Assembly: GCA_021783235.1 (NCBI GenBank)
Contig: JAJXUD010000002.1
Location: 90,693-154,692 of the forward strand
Direction: 5' to 3'
From: Myxococcales bacterium
GTDB lineage: Bacteria > Myxococcota > Myxococcia > Myxococcales > JAKAPL01
Length of the DNA: 64,000 nucleotides
Below, one piece after another: positions 46,818 to 55,909 of this stretch. The translations under genes and the position numbers were made by a program. The stretch's first letter is position 1. Each line of letters starts with the position of its first letter. The notes beneath the pieces are model-generated. The model did no database searches. It was not told the DNA's origin and worked only from the letters and a program-made list of their open reading frames with translations.

Positions 46818-48272
46818 TCACCTCCCGCAGCTCAGCCAGTGCTTTCCGCCCCCGACGGGCCACTCGGCCTTCGCCTGGCGCGGGGCGTCGCCGAGCTCGC
46901 ACGGCTCGCCGCCGGGGGCGAAGGTGAGCGGGCGCTGGAGGACGTCGCGGGCGAGCGTCTCGTAGACGAAGGACTCCTCGGTAGCGAGGGGAGGGCCCAC
47001 CGGCGCGATCGGGTGGCCGCGGTCGGCGAGGTGGCGCGCGATCTCGAGCTGTTCCCCGATCGTCCAGTCGCGCCAGTCGCCGCCGTACTCGGTGGCGAGG
47101 AGCCGGGCGCCGAGGAGGGCGAAGCCGACCAGGTAGAGGCCGACCAGCGCGGCGCCGAGCCGCCCTCGGCCCGCGAGCCAGCCGAGCGCCGCGGCGGCGG
47201 GGAGGAGGTAGAAGGCGTCGCCGACGATCAGGTAGTGGTCGAAGTAGTCGCGGCCGCTCGCCGCGAGGTAGAGCGGCGCGAGGACGAGGCCCGCGAGGCA
47301 GGCCGCGCGCCAGCGGCTCCGCAGGGCCAGGCCCAGCGGGACGAGCGCCGCCGTGATCCAGAACGTGAGGAAGCCGAGCCAGGGGGCGGAGAGGATGGCC
47401 GCGCCCGCGGGGGGGCGCTCGGGGCGCAAGCGCGCCGCCTGCGAGGGGAACTTCGCGAAGACGATGAGCGAGCGTGCGAGCCCCGCGCCGAAGAGACGCC
47501 CGGCCGGCCGGCCGTGGCGCAGCGCGAGGAGCCCGGCGAAGTGGAGCGGGAGCTGCGCGTGGATCCAGGGGAGGTAGAGCGCGACGCCGCCGCCAGCGGC
47601 CCAGCCGAGCGGCGCGAGCCAGCCGCGGCGCGCGAGCCCCGGGGCGGCGACGAGGGCGCAGAGCGCCACCGCCACCGCGCCCGACAGGTGGATCTGCAGG
47701 CAGAGCGCCGCCGCCGCCCCCCAGCCGAACGCCCAGGGCCCGAGCCGCGCCGGCGCCTCCCGCAGCCGCGCCGAGAGCCAGAGCAGGAGCGGCACGGCGA
47801 AGAGGAAGGCGTCGACGTTCCAGATCCGGTCGGAGAAGCGGGCGTGGAAGATGGACCAGGTGGCGAGCGTCGCCGCCGCGACCCGCATCCTGCCGCTGGC
47901 CGCGAGGCGCGCGAGCGCCCGGTCGAGGAGGAGGACGCCCGCGGCCGAGAGCAGCAGCACGAAGGCCGTCCCCCAGCGGGGATCGCGGGCGAAGACGAAG
48001 GGCGGCGCGTAGAGATCGAAGACGCCGCCCCCCGGCGTGAAGGCGCGCGGCGTCGTCCCCGAGACGAACGGCCCGTCGGCGGCGAGCCCGCCGCCGCGCG
48101 CCACCCGGAGGCTTCGGTCGTAGAAGAAGGCCTCGTCGTAGCAGAAGTGGCCGTGGGTGGGCAGCAGCGACTCCGCGAGCGCGAGCCAGAGGCCGAGCTG
48201 CGCCCAGACGAACGCGCTCGCCCGCCGCGGCGTCCAGAAGCGGTCGGGGACGTCGTCCAGGCGCCAGCGCAT
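46818..48272 (-). CDS. polytopic membrane protein, possibly GT-C-like glycosyltransferase
   Basis: More than 10 hydrophobic helices, with a periplasmic-loop-like region after TM1 (HFCYDEAFFYDRS). The functional call is a guess from architecture and the neighbouring gene. Confidence 0.45.
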   Translation of the reverse strand: MRWRLDDVPDRFWTPRRASAFVWAQLGLWLALAESLLPTHGHFCYDEAFFYDRSLRVARGGGLAADGPFVSGTTPRAFTPGGGVFDLYAPPFVFARDPRWGTAFVLLLSAAGVLLLDRALARLAASGRMRVAAATLATWSIFHARFSDRIWNVDAFLFAVPLLLWLSARLREAPARLGPWAFGWGAAAALCLQIHLSGAVAVALCALVAAPGLARRGWLAPLGWAAGGGVALYLPWIHAQLPLHFAGLLALRHGRPAGRLFGAGLARSLIVFAKFPSQAARLRPERPPAGAAILSAPWLGFLTFWITAALVPLGLALRSRWRAACLAGLVLAPLYLAASGRDYFDHYLIVGDAFYLLPAAAALGWLAGRGRLGAALVGLYLVGFALLGARLLATEYGGDWRDWTIGEQLEIARHLADRGHPIAPVGPPLATEESFVYETLARDVLQRPLTFAPGGEPCELGDAPRQAKAEWPVGGGKHWLSCGR

Positions 48273-48498
48273 CTGAGCGAGAAACCGTCGCCGCGTCCCG
48301 CGCCCCTGTCAAGCGCCCTCCGCATCCGCACGCTTCTCGACGGCCAGGGCGTTGAGGCGCCGGGCGTTCGCTCGTGACGGACGGATCCGCTGCCGGCGAG
48401 CCAGGTCCCAATCGAGGCCGCGTGGCCTTTGACGAGCTCCCGGCCGGCCGCGCTGGGAGACTTTCGTTCGCCCGAAAGGCGTGCCATTCTCCGGCCGC

Positions 48499-49458
48499 AT
48501 GGGGGCCTTCGTCTTGCTTGCGCTTCTCCTCTCCGCGCCGTCCGACGACCTCGGGCGAGCGCAGCGCGACGTCGAGTCCGAGCTCGCGAAGATCGTGAAG
48601 CCGGCGCCCGCCGAGCTGGTCGTCGTCTTCGAGGGGCCCGACTCCGGCCGCTGGGCGCTCGGCGAGGGGACCTTCAGCCTCGACGGGCAGGAGCTCCCGT
48701 TTGCTCCGCAGGGGCGCCGTTCCACGGTCTACCAGGCGGCGGTCGCGCCGGGGCGCCACGCGGTGGCGCTGAAGCTCGCCTACGACGAGCGGCAGGGCTT
48801 CGGCCTGTTCACCTACGCCGACACGAAGTACCACGTCGACAAGAAGCTCGAGGTGCGGACGGAGCGGGGGCTGCGGGTGAAGCTCGTGCTCGCCGTCGAC
48901 GTCGACGAGAAGGCCGACGCCAAGTCGCGGCTGCGGCTGCGGGCGACGCCGCTCGCGGAGCTCATCGATAGGGGCGGGAACGGCGGGCGCGACGACGACG
49001 GCAAGGCCGAGCTCGCCTGGAAGCCGCCGCCCGCGCCGGCCGCCTCGAGGCCCGCGGCGCTGGCCGCCGCCTCGCCCGTCCCGCCGCAGACCGCGCCTCT
49101 GCCCGAGCCCGTCACGCCCGAGCCCCGGCTGGTCGAGGCCGATCCCACCGGGCGGCGGCGGGCCGCGCCGCGGCCTCGCCACCGGCGGATCGTGCGAGAG
49201 CTCTTGGCCCTGAGGGCCGAGGAGCCGGCGCCGCCTGCGACGCCTCCGGCCGCGGCGGCAGCCGTGCCCCCGACCTCGCCAATTCCGGCGGCGCCGTCCC
49301 CCGCGCCCGCTCCCGTGCGGCCCTTGCTCGCCCAGCCCCCGCTTCCCAGCCCCGCCCCGGTCGCCCCGAGCCCGCTCGGCTCGGCCGCCGTGCCCATCGC
49401 GCTCGGCCTCGGCGCCCTGGCGCTTCTCCTCTTCTTCTCGCTTCGCCGTCGAAGCTGA
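48499..49458 (+). CDS. secreted protein with Pro-rich stalk and C-terminal TM/Arg anchor
   Basis: Signal MGAFVLLALLLSAP, a ~150-aa beta-rich domain, a long P/A-rich region, and the terminal AVPIALGLGALALLLFFSLRRRS. This tail resembles a sorting signal without the GC motif. Confidence 0.6.
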   Translation: MGAFVLLALLLSAPSDDLGRAQRDVESELAKIVKPAPAELVVVFEGPDSGRWALGEGTFSLDGQELPFAPQGRRSTVYQAAVAPGRHAVALKLAYDERQGFGLFTYADTKYHVDKKLEVRTERGLRVKLVLAVDVDEKADAKSRLRLRATPLAELIDRGGNGGRDDDGKAELAWKPPPAPAASRPAALAAASPVPPQTAPLPEPVTPEPRLVEADPTGRRRAAPRPRHRRIVRELLALRAEEPAPPATPPAAAAAVPPTSPIPAAPSPAPAPVRPLLAQPPLPSPAPVAPSPLGSAAVPIALGLGALALLLFFSLRRRS

Positions 49459-49492
49459 TCGTTCCTCGTTTTCTTGCCCCTCCTCCGATCGC

Positions 49493-50638
49493 ATGCTACC
49501 CAAGCCCCTCGTGATGCCGACCCGCCTCGCGCTCCTCGTCGCGCTCGCCTTGGGCCTCGCCGTTCCGCTCCGCGCCCGCGCCGCGACCCGCCTCGCCATC
49601 TACCCGCTCCAGCCGCTGGGCCTGCCCGTCTCCACCGTCGACTCGCTCGACGCCACCCTGCGCGCCCGGGTCGAGCGGCTCCCCGGCGTCTCGCTCCTCG
49701 CCCGTGGTCGCACGGTCGCGCAGCTCTCGAGCGGCGCCGGCACCTTGGGCATTCGCTGCGACGGCAGCCCCGACTGCCTCGCCCGGCTCGGCAAGCTCCT
49801 CGGCGTCGACGAGATCGTCTACGGCGTCGCGAGCGGCCTGGGCGGCCGGACGGCCCTCGACCTCAAGCTCGTCGGCGTCGCGAGCGGCGGCGAGATCCGG
49901 CGCGTCCACGCCACCGTCGGCCGGCAGGCGGCGCAGAAGGGGCGCAGCGCGCTCATCGGCGGCGTCCGCGAGGCCGCCGTGCGGCTGCTCGACCCCGCGC
50001 GCTGGACCGGCGCGCTCGAGCTGCTGACCGAGCTGCGCGGCGCCGAGGTGAGCATCGACGGCGCGCCGCGCGGCAAGACCCCGCTCGATCCGATCCAGGG
50101 GCTCACGCCGGGCCGCCACGCGCTGCGCGTCACCGCGCCGGGCTACTCGGGCGTCGAGCGCTTCGTCGACGTCCGCTTCGACGAGACCGCCGAGGTGAAG
50201 CTGGATCTCGCCGGCAACGCCGTGGGCGCCGTGATGTACCGGCAGGGCGGCGCGGGCGGCCGGTCGGTCGTGCCCGTTCTCATCGTCCAAGAGGGTGCGC
50301 CGCCGAAGGCGCGCTCCCAGCGCGCCTGGGCCCACCGGATGGTCGGCGCCACGGTCGCCTTCGCCGCGCTCGGCCTCGGCGCCGGCATCGTCTCCAGCGT
50401 CGAGCGGACCGCCGTCGCCGGCATGACCCGTCCCGTCGCGGCGGCGGACGAGGGGCTCTTGAACCAGCGCGTCGGTCGCGCCTCGGGCTTCGGCCTCGCG
50501 GCCGACGTGCTCTGGATCGCCTCCGGCGTGAGCCTCGTCACCGCCGGCGTGCTCTTTTCCCTCTCGGGCAGCGGGACGTCCGGGAGCGTGGCGCTCGGCG
50601 CGGGCCCCGCCGGCCTCGCCGTCGCCGGCCAGTTCTAG
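49493..50638 (+). CDS. PEGA domain protein with C-terminal membrane segments
   Basis: GAEVSIDGAPRGKTPLDPIQGLTPGRHALRVTAPGYSGVERFVDV is a PEGA domain. It has an N-terminal signal and hydrophobic C-terminal helices. Confidence 0.7.
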   Translation: MLPKPLVMPTRLALLVALALGLAVPLRARAATRLAIYPLQPLGLPVSTVDSLDATLRARVERLPGVSLLARGRTVAQLSSGAGTLGIRCDGSPDCLARLGKLLGVDEIVYGVASGLGGRTALDLKLVGVASGGEIRRVHATVGRQAAQKGRSALIGGVREAAVRLLDPARWTGALELLTELRGAEVSIDGAPRGKTPLDPIQGLTPGRHALRVTAPGYSGVERFVDVRFDETAEVKLDLAGNAVGAVMYRQGGAGGRSVVPVLIVQEGAPPKARSQRAWAHRMVGATVAFAALGLGAGIVSSVERTAVAGMTRPVAAADEGLLNQRVGRASGFGLAADVLWIASGVSLVTAGVLFSLSGSGTSGSVALGAGPAGLAVAGQF

Positions 50639-50730
50639 TGTCGCCCGCGAACCCCAGCCATCCCCTCCACCGCGAAGCGGGCGAGGGCCAAGGGCGGGGG
50701 GCCACGAGCTCGCCCCCTCTGGAGAACACC

Positions 50731-53109
50731 ATGTCGAACCGATACCAGTCGCTCCTCTTGGTCCTCGCCGTCCCGCTCGCCGCCTGCCCCATCGGCGCGC
50801 CGTACGTCGGCAACCACCCGATCAGCTGCAGCTCGACCTCCGACTGCCAGCCCGGCGAGATCTGCGACACGACCTACGGTACCGGCTACTGCATCGCCGC
50901 GCCGGACGCGGGCACGGCGGCCGATGGGGGCCCCACGGGCTGCCAGATCGGGGGCGTGACCTACCCCGCCGGCGCGCTCGATCCCACGACCCCCTGCCAG
51001 AGCTGCCAGCCGTCGCTGTCGACCGCGAAGTTCACGGCCTACAGCGGCCTGCCCGCTGACGGCGGCTGCCAGGCCGGGCAGGTCTGCAACGCGGGCCAGT
51101 GCGCGGCGGGCTGCTACGTGGATCAGGCCTTCCGCGCCACCGGCGCGCTCGCCGCCGGAAACGGCTGCCTCACCTGCGACCCCTCGAAGAGCGAGACCAA
51201 CTGGACGCCGCTGACCGGCGTCCCCCAGGGCGGCGGCTGCCCCGCGGGCGAGGTCTGCGCCGCCGGAAGTTGCAGCGCCGGCTGCGTCATCGGCGGCGCC
51301 TTCGTGGCCGCGGGCGCGGGCGAGCCCGATGCCGGCTGCCAGGGCTGCATGCCGGCCCAGAGTCTCACGGCCTGGACGCCGCTCACCGGCCTCGTGACCG
51401 GCGTCTGCGGCGCTGGGGAGGTGTGCCACCAGGGGGCGTGCGCGGTGGGCTGCTACCTGGACGGGGGCTACGTGGCGGACGGGGGGCTCGAGGCGGTGGG
51501 GGGCTGCCTGGCGTGCGATCCGGGGACGTCGGTGGGCCAGTGGTCGAGCGTGGCGGACGACACGGGCTGCGCCGGGGGAGGCTTCTGCCGGAGCGGGGCG
51601 TGCGAGAACGGCTGCGTGGTGCAGGGGCAGTTCTACGCGCCGTCGGCCGTGGACCCGACGAACGGTTGCGAGAGCTGCGACCCGACGGGAGCCGGCGGGA
51701 CGGGGAGCTTCACGCCGGTGTCTGGCGTGGTGGCCTGCACGTCGGGGAGCGGCGGCAACTACTGCGTGGGGGGCGCGTGCGCGGCGGCGTGCGCGGTGGG
51801 GGGGCAGGTCTACGGGGCGAGCGCGCCGGATCCGAACAACGAGTGCCAGAGCTGCCAGCCGGCGACGAACTCGACGAGCTTCTCGGTGGATTCGGACGGG
51901 ACGGTGTGCACGAGCGGGGGCAACTACTGCAAGGGTGGGGCGTGCGGGAGGTACTGCGACATCTCGGGGGGGCTTGTGGCGGACAAGGCGCTCGACGGCC
52001 AGAACCCGAACGAGTGCTGCAACGTGGCGCTCGGCGCGCAGGCGTGGACGGCGGGGTTCGGGGGGGCGATGACGACACCCGGAACCACGAACTCCCCTGT
52101 TGCCCTTGCCGTGGGTGACGTGACTGGCGACGGCATCCCGGACCTGGTCGTTGCCGAGAGCGGATACGACATCGAGATCCTGGAAGGACATGGCGACGGG
52201 GGCTTTGCGGCGCCGCGAGCCGTCCCCGTCGGCAGCGGATCGACGGTTCCCGATCCCGTCGCCGTCGTCCTCGCCGACTTCAACAACGACAAGCTGCAGG
52301 ACATCGCCGTCGCGAACAACGGCTCGAACAGCGTGACCGTGCTCTTGAACCAGGGCGACGGCGGCTTCGCGGCGACGACGCTGACGGGGGTGACCAGCCC
52401 GACGGCGCTTGTGGTGGCCGATCTTCAGAGCGCGAAGTCGAACGACCTCGTCGTTGGAGATCTCGGCGGAACGGGTCTGCCTGACATTCGGTCCTTCTTG
52501 AATCACAGCGGAACGTTCATCGAGCAGACGAACGCCACTCTGACCGAGGACGTTGTCGACTTGGTTGCCGGAGCGTTCACCAACGTCGCTGGTGAGGTCG
52601 ACATTGCCGCGCTCGGAGCGCACGGTGTGACGATTGTGACGAACCAGGGAAGTGGCACGAGCCTCAGCGCCGGCACGCCAGTTCTCTCGGGTGGGGCTCT
52701 GGTTGGGATTGCGGCCGGCGATCTAAATGGGGACAACCGGCCCGACCTGGCGGTGATCGATTCCGCCAACAACACGCTCGTGCCTCTCCTCAACAGCGGC
52801 TCCTCCTTCGCGGCGCAAGCGTCACTGGCGGTCTCCTCGCCAAACGCCATCGCGATCGGAGATCTCGACGGCGATGGGCGGCCGGACATCGCGGTGGCGA
52901 CAGCCTTCGGAGCCGTGCTCGTGTTCATCAACCAGACCGCCGCCGGCGCGACCACGACCTCGTTCTTCACCCCCGCGGCCAGCTACCCGGTCGGCGCCGG
53001 CCCCGCCGCCATCGCCGCCTACGATCTCAACGGCGACAGCAAGCCCGACCTCGTGACCGCGAACAAGCCCGCGAAGACCCTCTCCATCCTCCTCGGCCAG
53101 TGCCCCTGA
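50731..53109 (+). CDS. lipoprotein: ~6.5 Cys-rich modules (type I) plus FG-GAP/VCBS beta-propeller
   Basis: GGAG SD before the ATG at 50731. Lipobox LAAC. Repeated modules follow the pattern GC-x-(I/V)-x-G-x-(Y/F)...C-(Q/E/L)-(S/T/G)-C-x-P...W...C-x-x-G-x-x-C-x-x-G-x-C. The C-terminal half has DVTGDGIPDLVV, DFNNDKLQDIAV, DLNGDNRPDLAV, DLDGDGRPDIAV and DLNGDSKPDLVT. Confidence 0.8.
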   Translation: MSNRYQSLLLVLAVPLAACPIGAPYVGNHPISCSSTSDCQPGEICDTTYGTGYCIAAPDAGTAADGGPTGCQIGGVTYPAGALDPTTPCQSCQPSLSTAKFTAYSGLPADGGCQAGQVCNAGQCAAGCYVDQAFRATGALAAGNGCLTCDPSKSETNWTPLTGVPQGGGCPAGEVCAAGSCSAGCVIGGAFVAAGAGEPDAGCQGCMPAQSLTAWTPLTGLVTGVCGAGEVCHQGACAVGCYLDGGYVADGGLEAVGGCLACDPGTSVGQWSSVADDTGCAGGGFCRSGACENGCVVQGQFYAPSAVDPTNGCESCDPTGAGGTGSFTPVSGVVACTSGSGGNYCVGGACAAACAVGGQVYGASAPDPNNECQSCQPATNSTSFSVDSDGTVCTSGGNYCKGGACGRYCDISGGLVADKALDGQNPNECCNVALGAQAWTAGFGGAMTTPGTTNSPVALAVGDVTGDGIPDLVVAESGYDIEILEGHGDGGFAAPRAVPVGSGSTVPDPVAVVLADFNNDKLQDIAVANNGSNSVTVLLNQGDGGFAATTLTGVTSPTALVVADLQSAKSNDLVVGDLGGTGLPDIRSFLNHSGTFIEQTNATLTEDVVDLVAGAFTNVAGEVDIAALGAHGVTIVTNQGSGTSLSAGTPVLSGGALVGIAAGDLNGDNRPDLAVIDSANNTLVPLLNSGSSFAAQASLAVSSPNAIAIGDLDGDGRPDIAVATAFGAVLVFINQTAAGATTTSFFTPAASYPVGAGPAAIAAYDLNGDSKPDLVTANKPAKTLSILLGQCP

Positions 53110-53262
53110 AGCCTCTCCGGGGCTGACCGCCAGCCGCTGGAGGCGCGGCAGCGCTGAGGAAGCGGGCGGCTCCTCGGCTCGGGCGCGCGGGGCGCTGGTC
53201 GAACCGGGCGAGAGGCTCGCCAAGACGCGTCGGGACGAGGCTCGATCGCGGGGGTCCCCTCG

Positions 53263-53493
53263 TCGAACGCGCGCCTCCGAGCGCCGGCGACGCGGGTCCA
53301 GCGCTCGAACGGCCGGGGATCGGCGTCGAACGCGCGGGTCCGAGGGTCGAACGCCCGGGTCCTCCCGTCAAACGCCCGGGTCCAAGCCCGAATCGCGCGG
53401 GTTCGAGCCTCAAACGGGCGCACCACACCCTCAGACGAGCGCGTCACGTCGTCAAACGCGCGGGTTCAACGCTCAAACGCGCGCGATCGAGGA
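53263..53493. repeat. degenerate 21-bp tandem array (TC[G/A]AACGC[G/C]CGGGTYC type)
   Basis: The motif core recurs at 53263, 53305, 53326, 53347, 53368, 53389, 53410, 53431, 53452 and 53473, always a multiple of 21 bp apart. Confidence 0.85.
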
Positions 53494-53494
53494 T

Positions 53495-53683
53495 GATCGG
53501 AGCTCCGATCACGATGATCGGCGCTCGGATCGGGACGATCGGCGCTCGGATCACGACGATCGGTGCTCGGATCGGGACGATCGGTGCTCGGATCATCGTG
53601 ATCGGAGCTCTGATCACGATGATCGGTGCTCCGATCACGACGATCGGAGCTCTGATCACGATGATCGTCGGTCGGATCAGCGT
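53495..53683. repeat. 21-bp tandem array, 9 copies, GATC-rich dyad units, in register with the preceding array
   Basis: GATCGG recurs at 53495, 53516, 53537, 53558, 53579, 53600, 53621 and 53642, with GATCGT at 53663. The first unit holds the perfect 16-bp palindrome GATCGGAGCTCCGATC. Each unit has two GATC sites, 12 and 9 bp apart. Confidence 0.95.
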
Positions 53684-53946
53684 TGATCGCGCTCGTTTGA
53701 CGACCGTACCCGCGCTTCACGAGCGAGTACCCGCGCGTTCGAGGGCGAGACGCACGCCGCGGAGCCCGGGAGCGGCCCGTTCGAGCCTCTTCCTCGCGCC
53801 GCCGTCGCCGAGAGGCGCCCGGCAAGGTCCCGCCCAGCCCTCGAACAGCGCGCGGTGCGCCCGTGCTATCCTGCGGCTCGCCGCGGCTCGCGTCGCCCGG
53901 ACGCGAGCCGCGGAGGGCCAGGACAGACCCGGGGAGCGTCCGGCCG

Positions 53947-55614
53947 CTAGTTCTTGCAGTCGCAGCTGCTGGAGCCGAAGCCGGTCAGGCCGCAGTTGTC
54001 CGAGGCGCAGAACCAGTCGTTGCTATTGACGCAGCTTCCCGTGTTGTTGATGGGGTTCTGCCCCGAGCAGGCGACCGCGGAGCCGGCGGTGAGGGCGCAG
54101 CGCTGGGTCGGGGGCGAGGAAGCGCCGCAGACCCAGCTCTGGCTGTTCGTGGCCAGGCTGCCGCAATCGACGCAGGCCTGGCCGTTCTGGCCGCAGGCGG
54201 TATTCTGGTTGCCGGCGACGCAGGTCACGTTGTCCGATGAGCAGCACTGGCTGCTCGAGCAGTAGACGTTGCAGCCGCCGCTCTGCACCACCCACTGGCC
54301 GCTCGAGTTGCAGGACTCGGCCTCGTTCGCGCAGGCGCCGCATTCGACGGTCCGCGTCGCTCCGGGCGAGCAGCTCCCGCACTGGCCGCTCGAGCAGACC
54401 GTGCCGGAGCAGCTCTGGCAGACGATGCCGCCCGTGCCACAGGCGCTCGAGCTCGTGCCCGCCTGGCAGTTGTTGTTCGAGTCGCAGCAGCCGCCGCACG
54501 AGTTCGTCGGGCAGGTCCCGCCGCAGCCGTCGGAGGCGCCGGCGCACTGCCCGGAGCAGTTCGGCGTGCAGCAGGCCGGCGGGTTCGTGATGCAGGTGGT
54601 CTGGCCCGTCTGGAAGTTAGGGAGACAGGTCACCGGAGTTCCACAGTACGCCGGGCTCGAGCAGCTTTTGCAGGCGCCGCCGCTGTTGCCGCAGTCCGAG
54701 CTCTGGGTGCCCGGCTGGCAGACGCTGCTCGCGTCGCAGCAGCCGGCGCAGGAGTTCGTGGCGCAGGTGCCACCGCAGCCGTCGGACGCGCCGGCGCACT
54801 TGCCCGTGCAGGCGGGGGTGCAACAGCTCCCGTTGTAGCCCACCTGGCCGGTCGGGCAGCAGGTCGAGCCCGCGCACTGGGCCGACGGGCAGCAGGTCCC
54901 GCTCGAGCCGCCGCAGCAGACGCTCCCGGCAGTGGTGCAGTTTGGGGGATAATCTGAGCCGCAGCCATTCGGGACCTGATTCGTGTTGCAGGTGGGCTGG
55001 GTGGTCGGGGTGCAGCAGGCGCCGCCCTGGCAGACGCCGGTTGCGGCGCAGATCTCGCAGCTAACGCCGCTCGTTCCACAGGCTTGGATGGCATCTCCTG
55101 GCTGGCAGACGTGGTTGCCGTCGCAGCAGCCAGTACAGCTTCCCGTCGCGCAGCTCCCGCCGCAGCCGTCGGAGGCGCCCGCGCACTTGCCGCCGCAGTT
55201 CGGCGTGCAGCTCGATCCGCAGACGCCGTTGCCGCAGATCTGCGAGGGGGTGCAGACGGCGCAGTGCGCGCCGCCCAGGCCGCAGCCAGCCGTGGAGTCG
55301 CCCGGCTGGCAGATGTCGTTCTCGTCGCAGCAGCCGCTGCAGCTCTCCGCCGGGCAGAAGCCGCCGCAGCCGTCCGAGGCGCCGGAGCACTTGCCCGTGC
55401 AGCTCGGGGTGCAGGCGTCGGCGCCGTCCGTCGAGCCCTTGGTGCTCCCGCTGGTGCCGCCGCTGGTCGTGGGCGCGTAGCACTGCCCGGCGATGCAGCT
55501 CTGTCCGGTCGGACAGGCCGGATTGCAGTTGGAGCTTACGGCGCTCGTCGAGCCGCCGCAGGCGGAGAGGGTGAGGCAGAAAAAGAAAAAGCCGGGAATG
55601 AGACGCTTGATCAT
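53947..55614 (-). CDS. Cys-rich lipoprotein with four type II modules
   Basis: GGAGGG SD before the ATG at 55614. MIKRLIPGFFFFCLTLSAC (lipobox). Four copies of C-T-P-x-C-x-G-(K/Q)-C-(A/S)-G-A-S-D-G-C-G-G-x-C-x-x-x-S-C-x-G-C-C-D...C-Q-x-G...C-G...C-x-x-C, then a distinct Cys-rich C-terminal domain. Confidence 0.8.
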   Translation of the reverse strand: MIKRLIPGFFFFCLTLSACGGSTSAVSSNCNPACPTGQSCIAGQCYAPTTSGGTSGSTKGSTDGADACTPSCTGKCSGASDGCGGFCPAESCSGCCDENDICQPGDSTAGCGLGGAHCAVCTPSQICGNGVCGSSCTPNCGGKCAGASDGCGGSCATGSCTGCCDGNHVCQPGDAIQACGTSGVSCEICAATGVCQGGACCTPTTQPTCNTNQVPNGCGSDYPPNCTTAGSVCCGGSSGTCCPSAQCAGSTCCPTGQVGYNGSCCTPACTGKCAGASDGCGGTCATNSCAGCCDASSVCQPGTQSSDCGNSGGACKSCSSPAYCGTPVTCLPNFQTGQTTCITNPPACCTPNCSGQCAGASDGCGGTCPTNSCGGCCDSNNNCQAGTSSSACGTGGIVCQSCSGTVCSSGQCGSCSPGATRTVECGACANEAESCNSSGQWVVQSGGCNVYCSSSQCCSSDNVTCVAGNQNTACGQNGQACVDCGSLATNSQSWVCGASSPPTQRCALTAGSAVACSGQNPINNTGSCVNSNDWFCASDNCGLTGFGSSSCDCKN

Positions 55615-55909
55615 TTGGGTACCCTCCAGATGGTCGACAGCCTGCCACCTCGTCTCGCTAGTAGTCAAGCGCCTGCAAGCTTCAATTTCCATCTCGCTCG
55701 ATACAAGTCACGGGCTCGTCCGTTCCCGATGGCCGCCTCGCTTTCGAGCGGGGGCGTCGCGAAGGGGCCATCGAGGTCTGGCGGCTCTCGAGTGGCACCG
55801 CTGCTCGGGCTGGCTAAACATCAGCCGCGCGACCAGTTCGACGGCGGACGCCGCTCAGGACCGGACGCAAGCCGAACTTGCCGCTGACCAGGCGTGACCG
55901 AGGCCCGCG

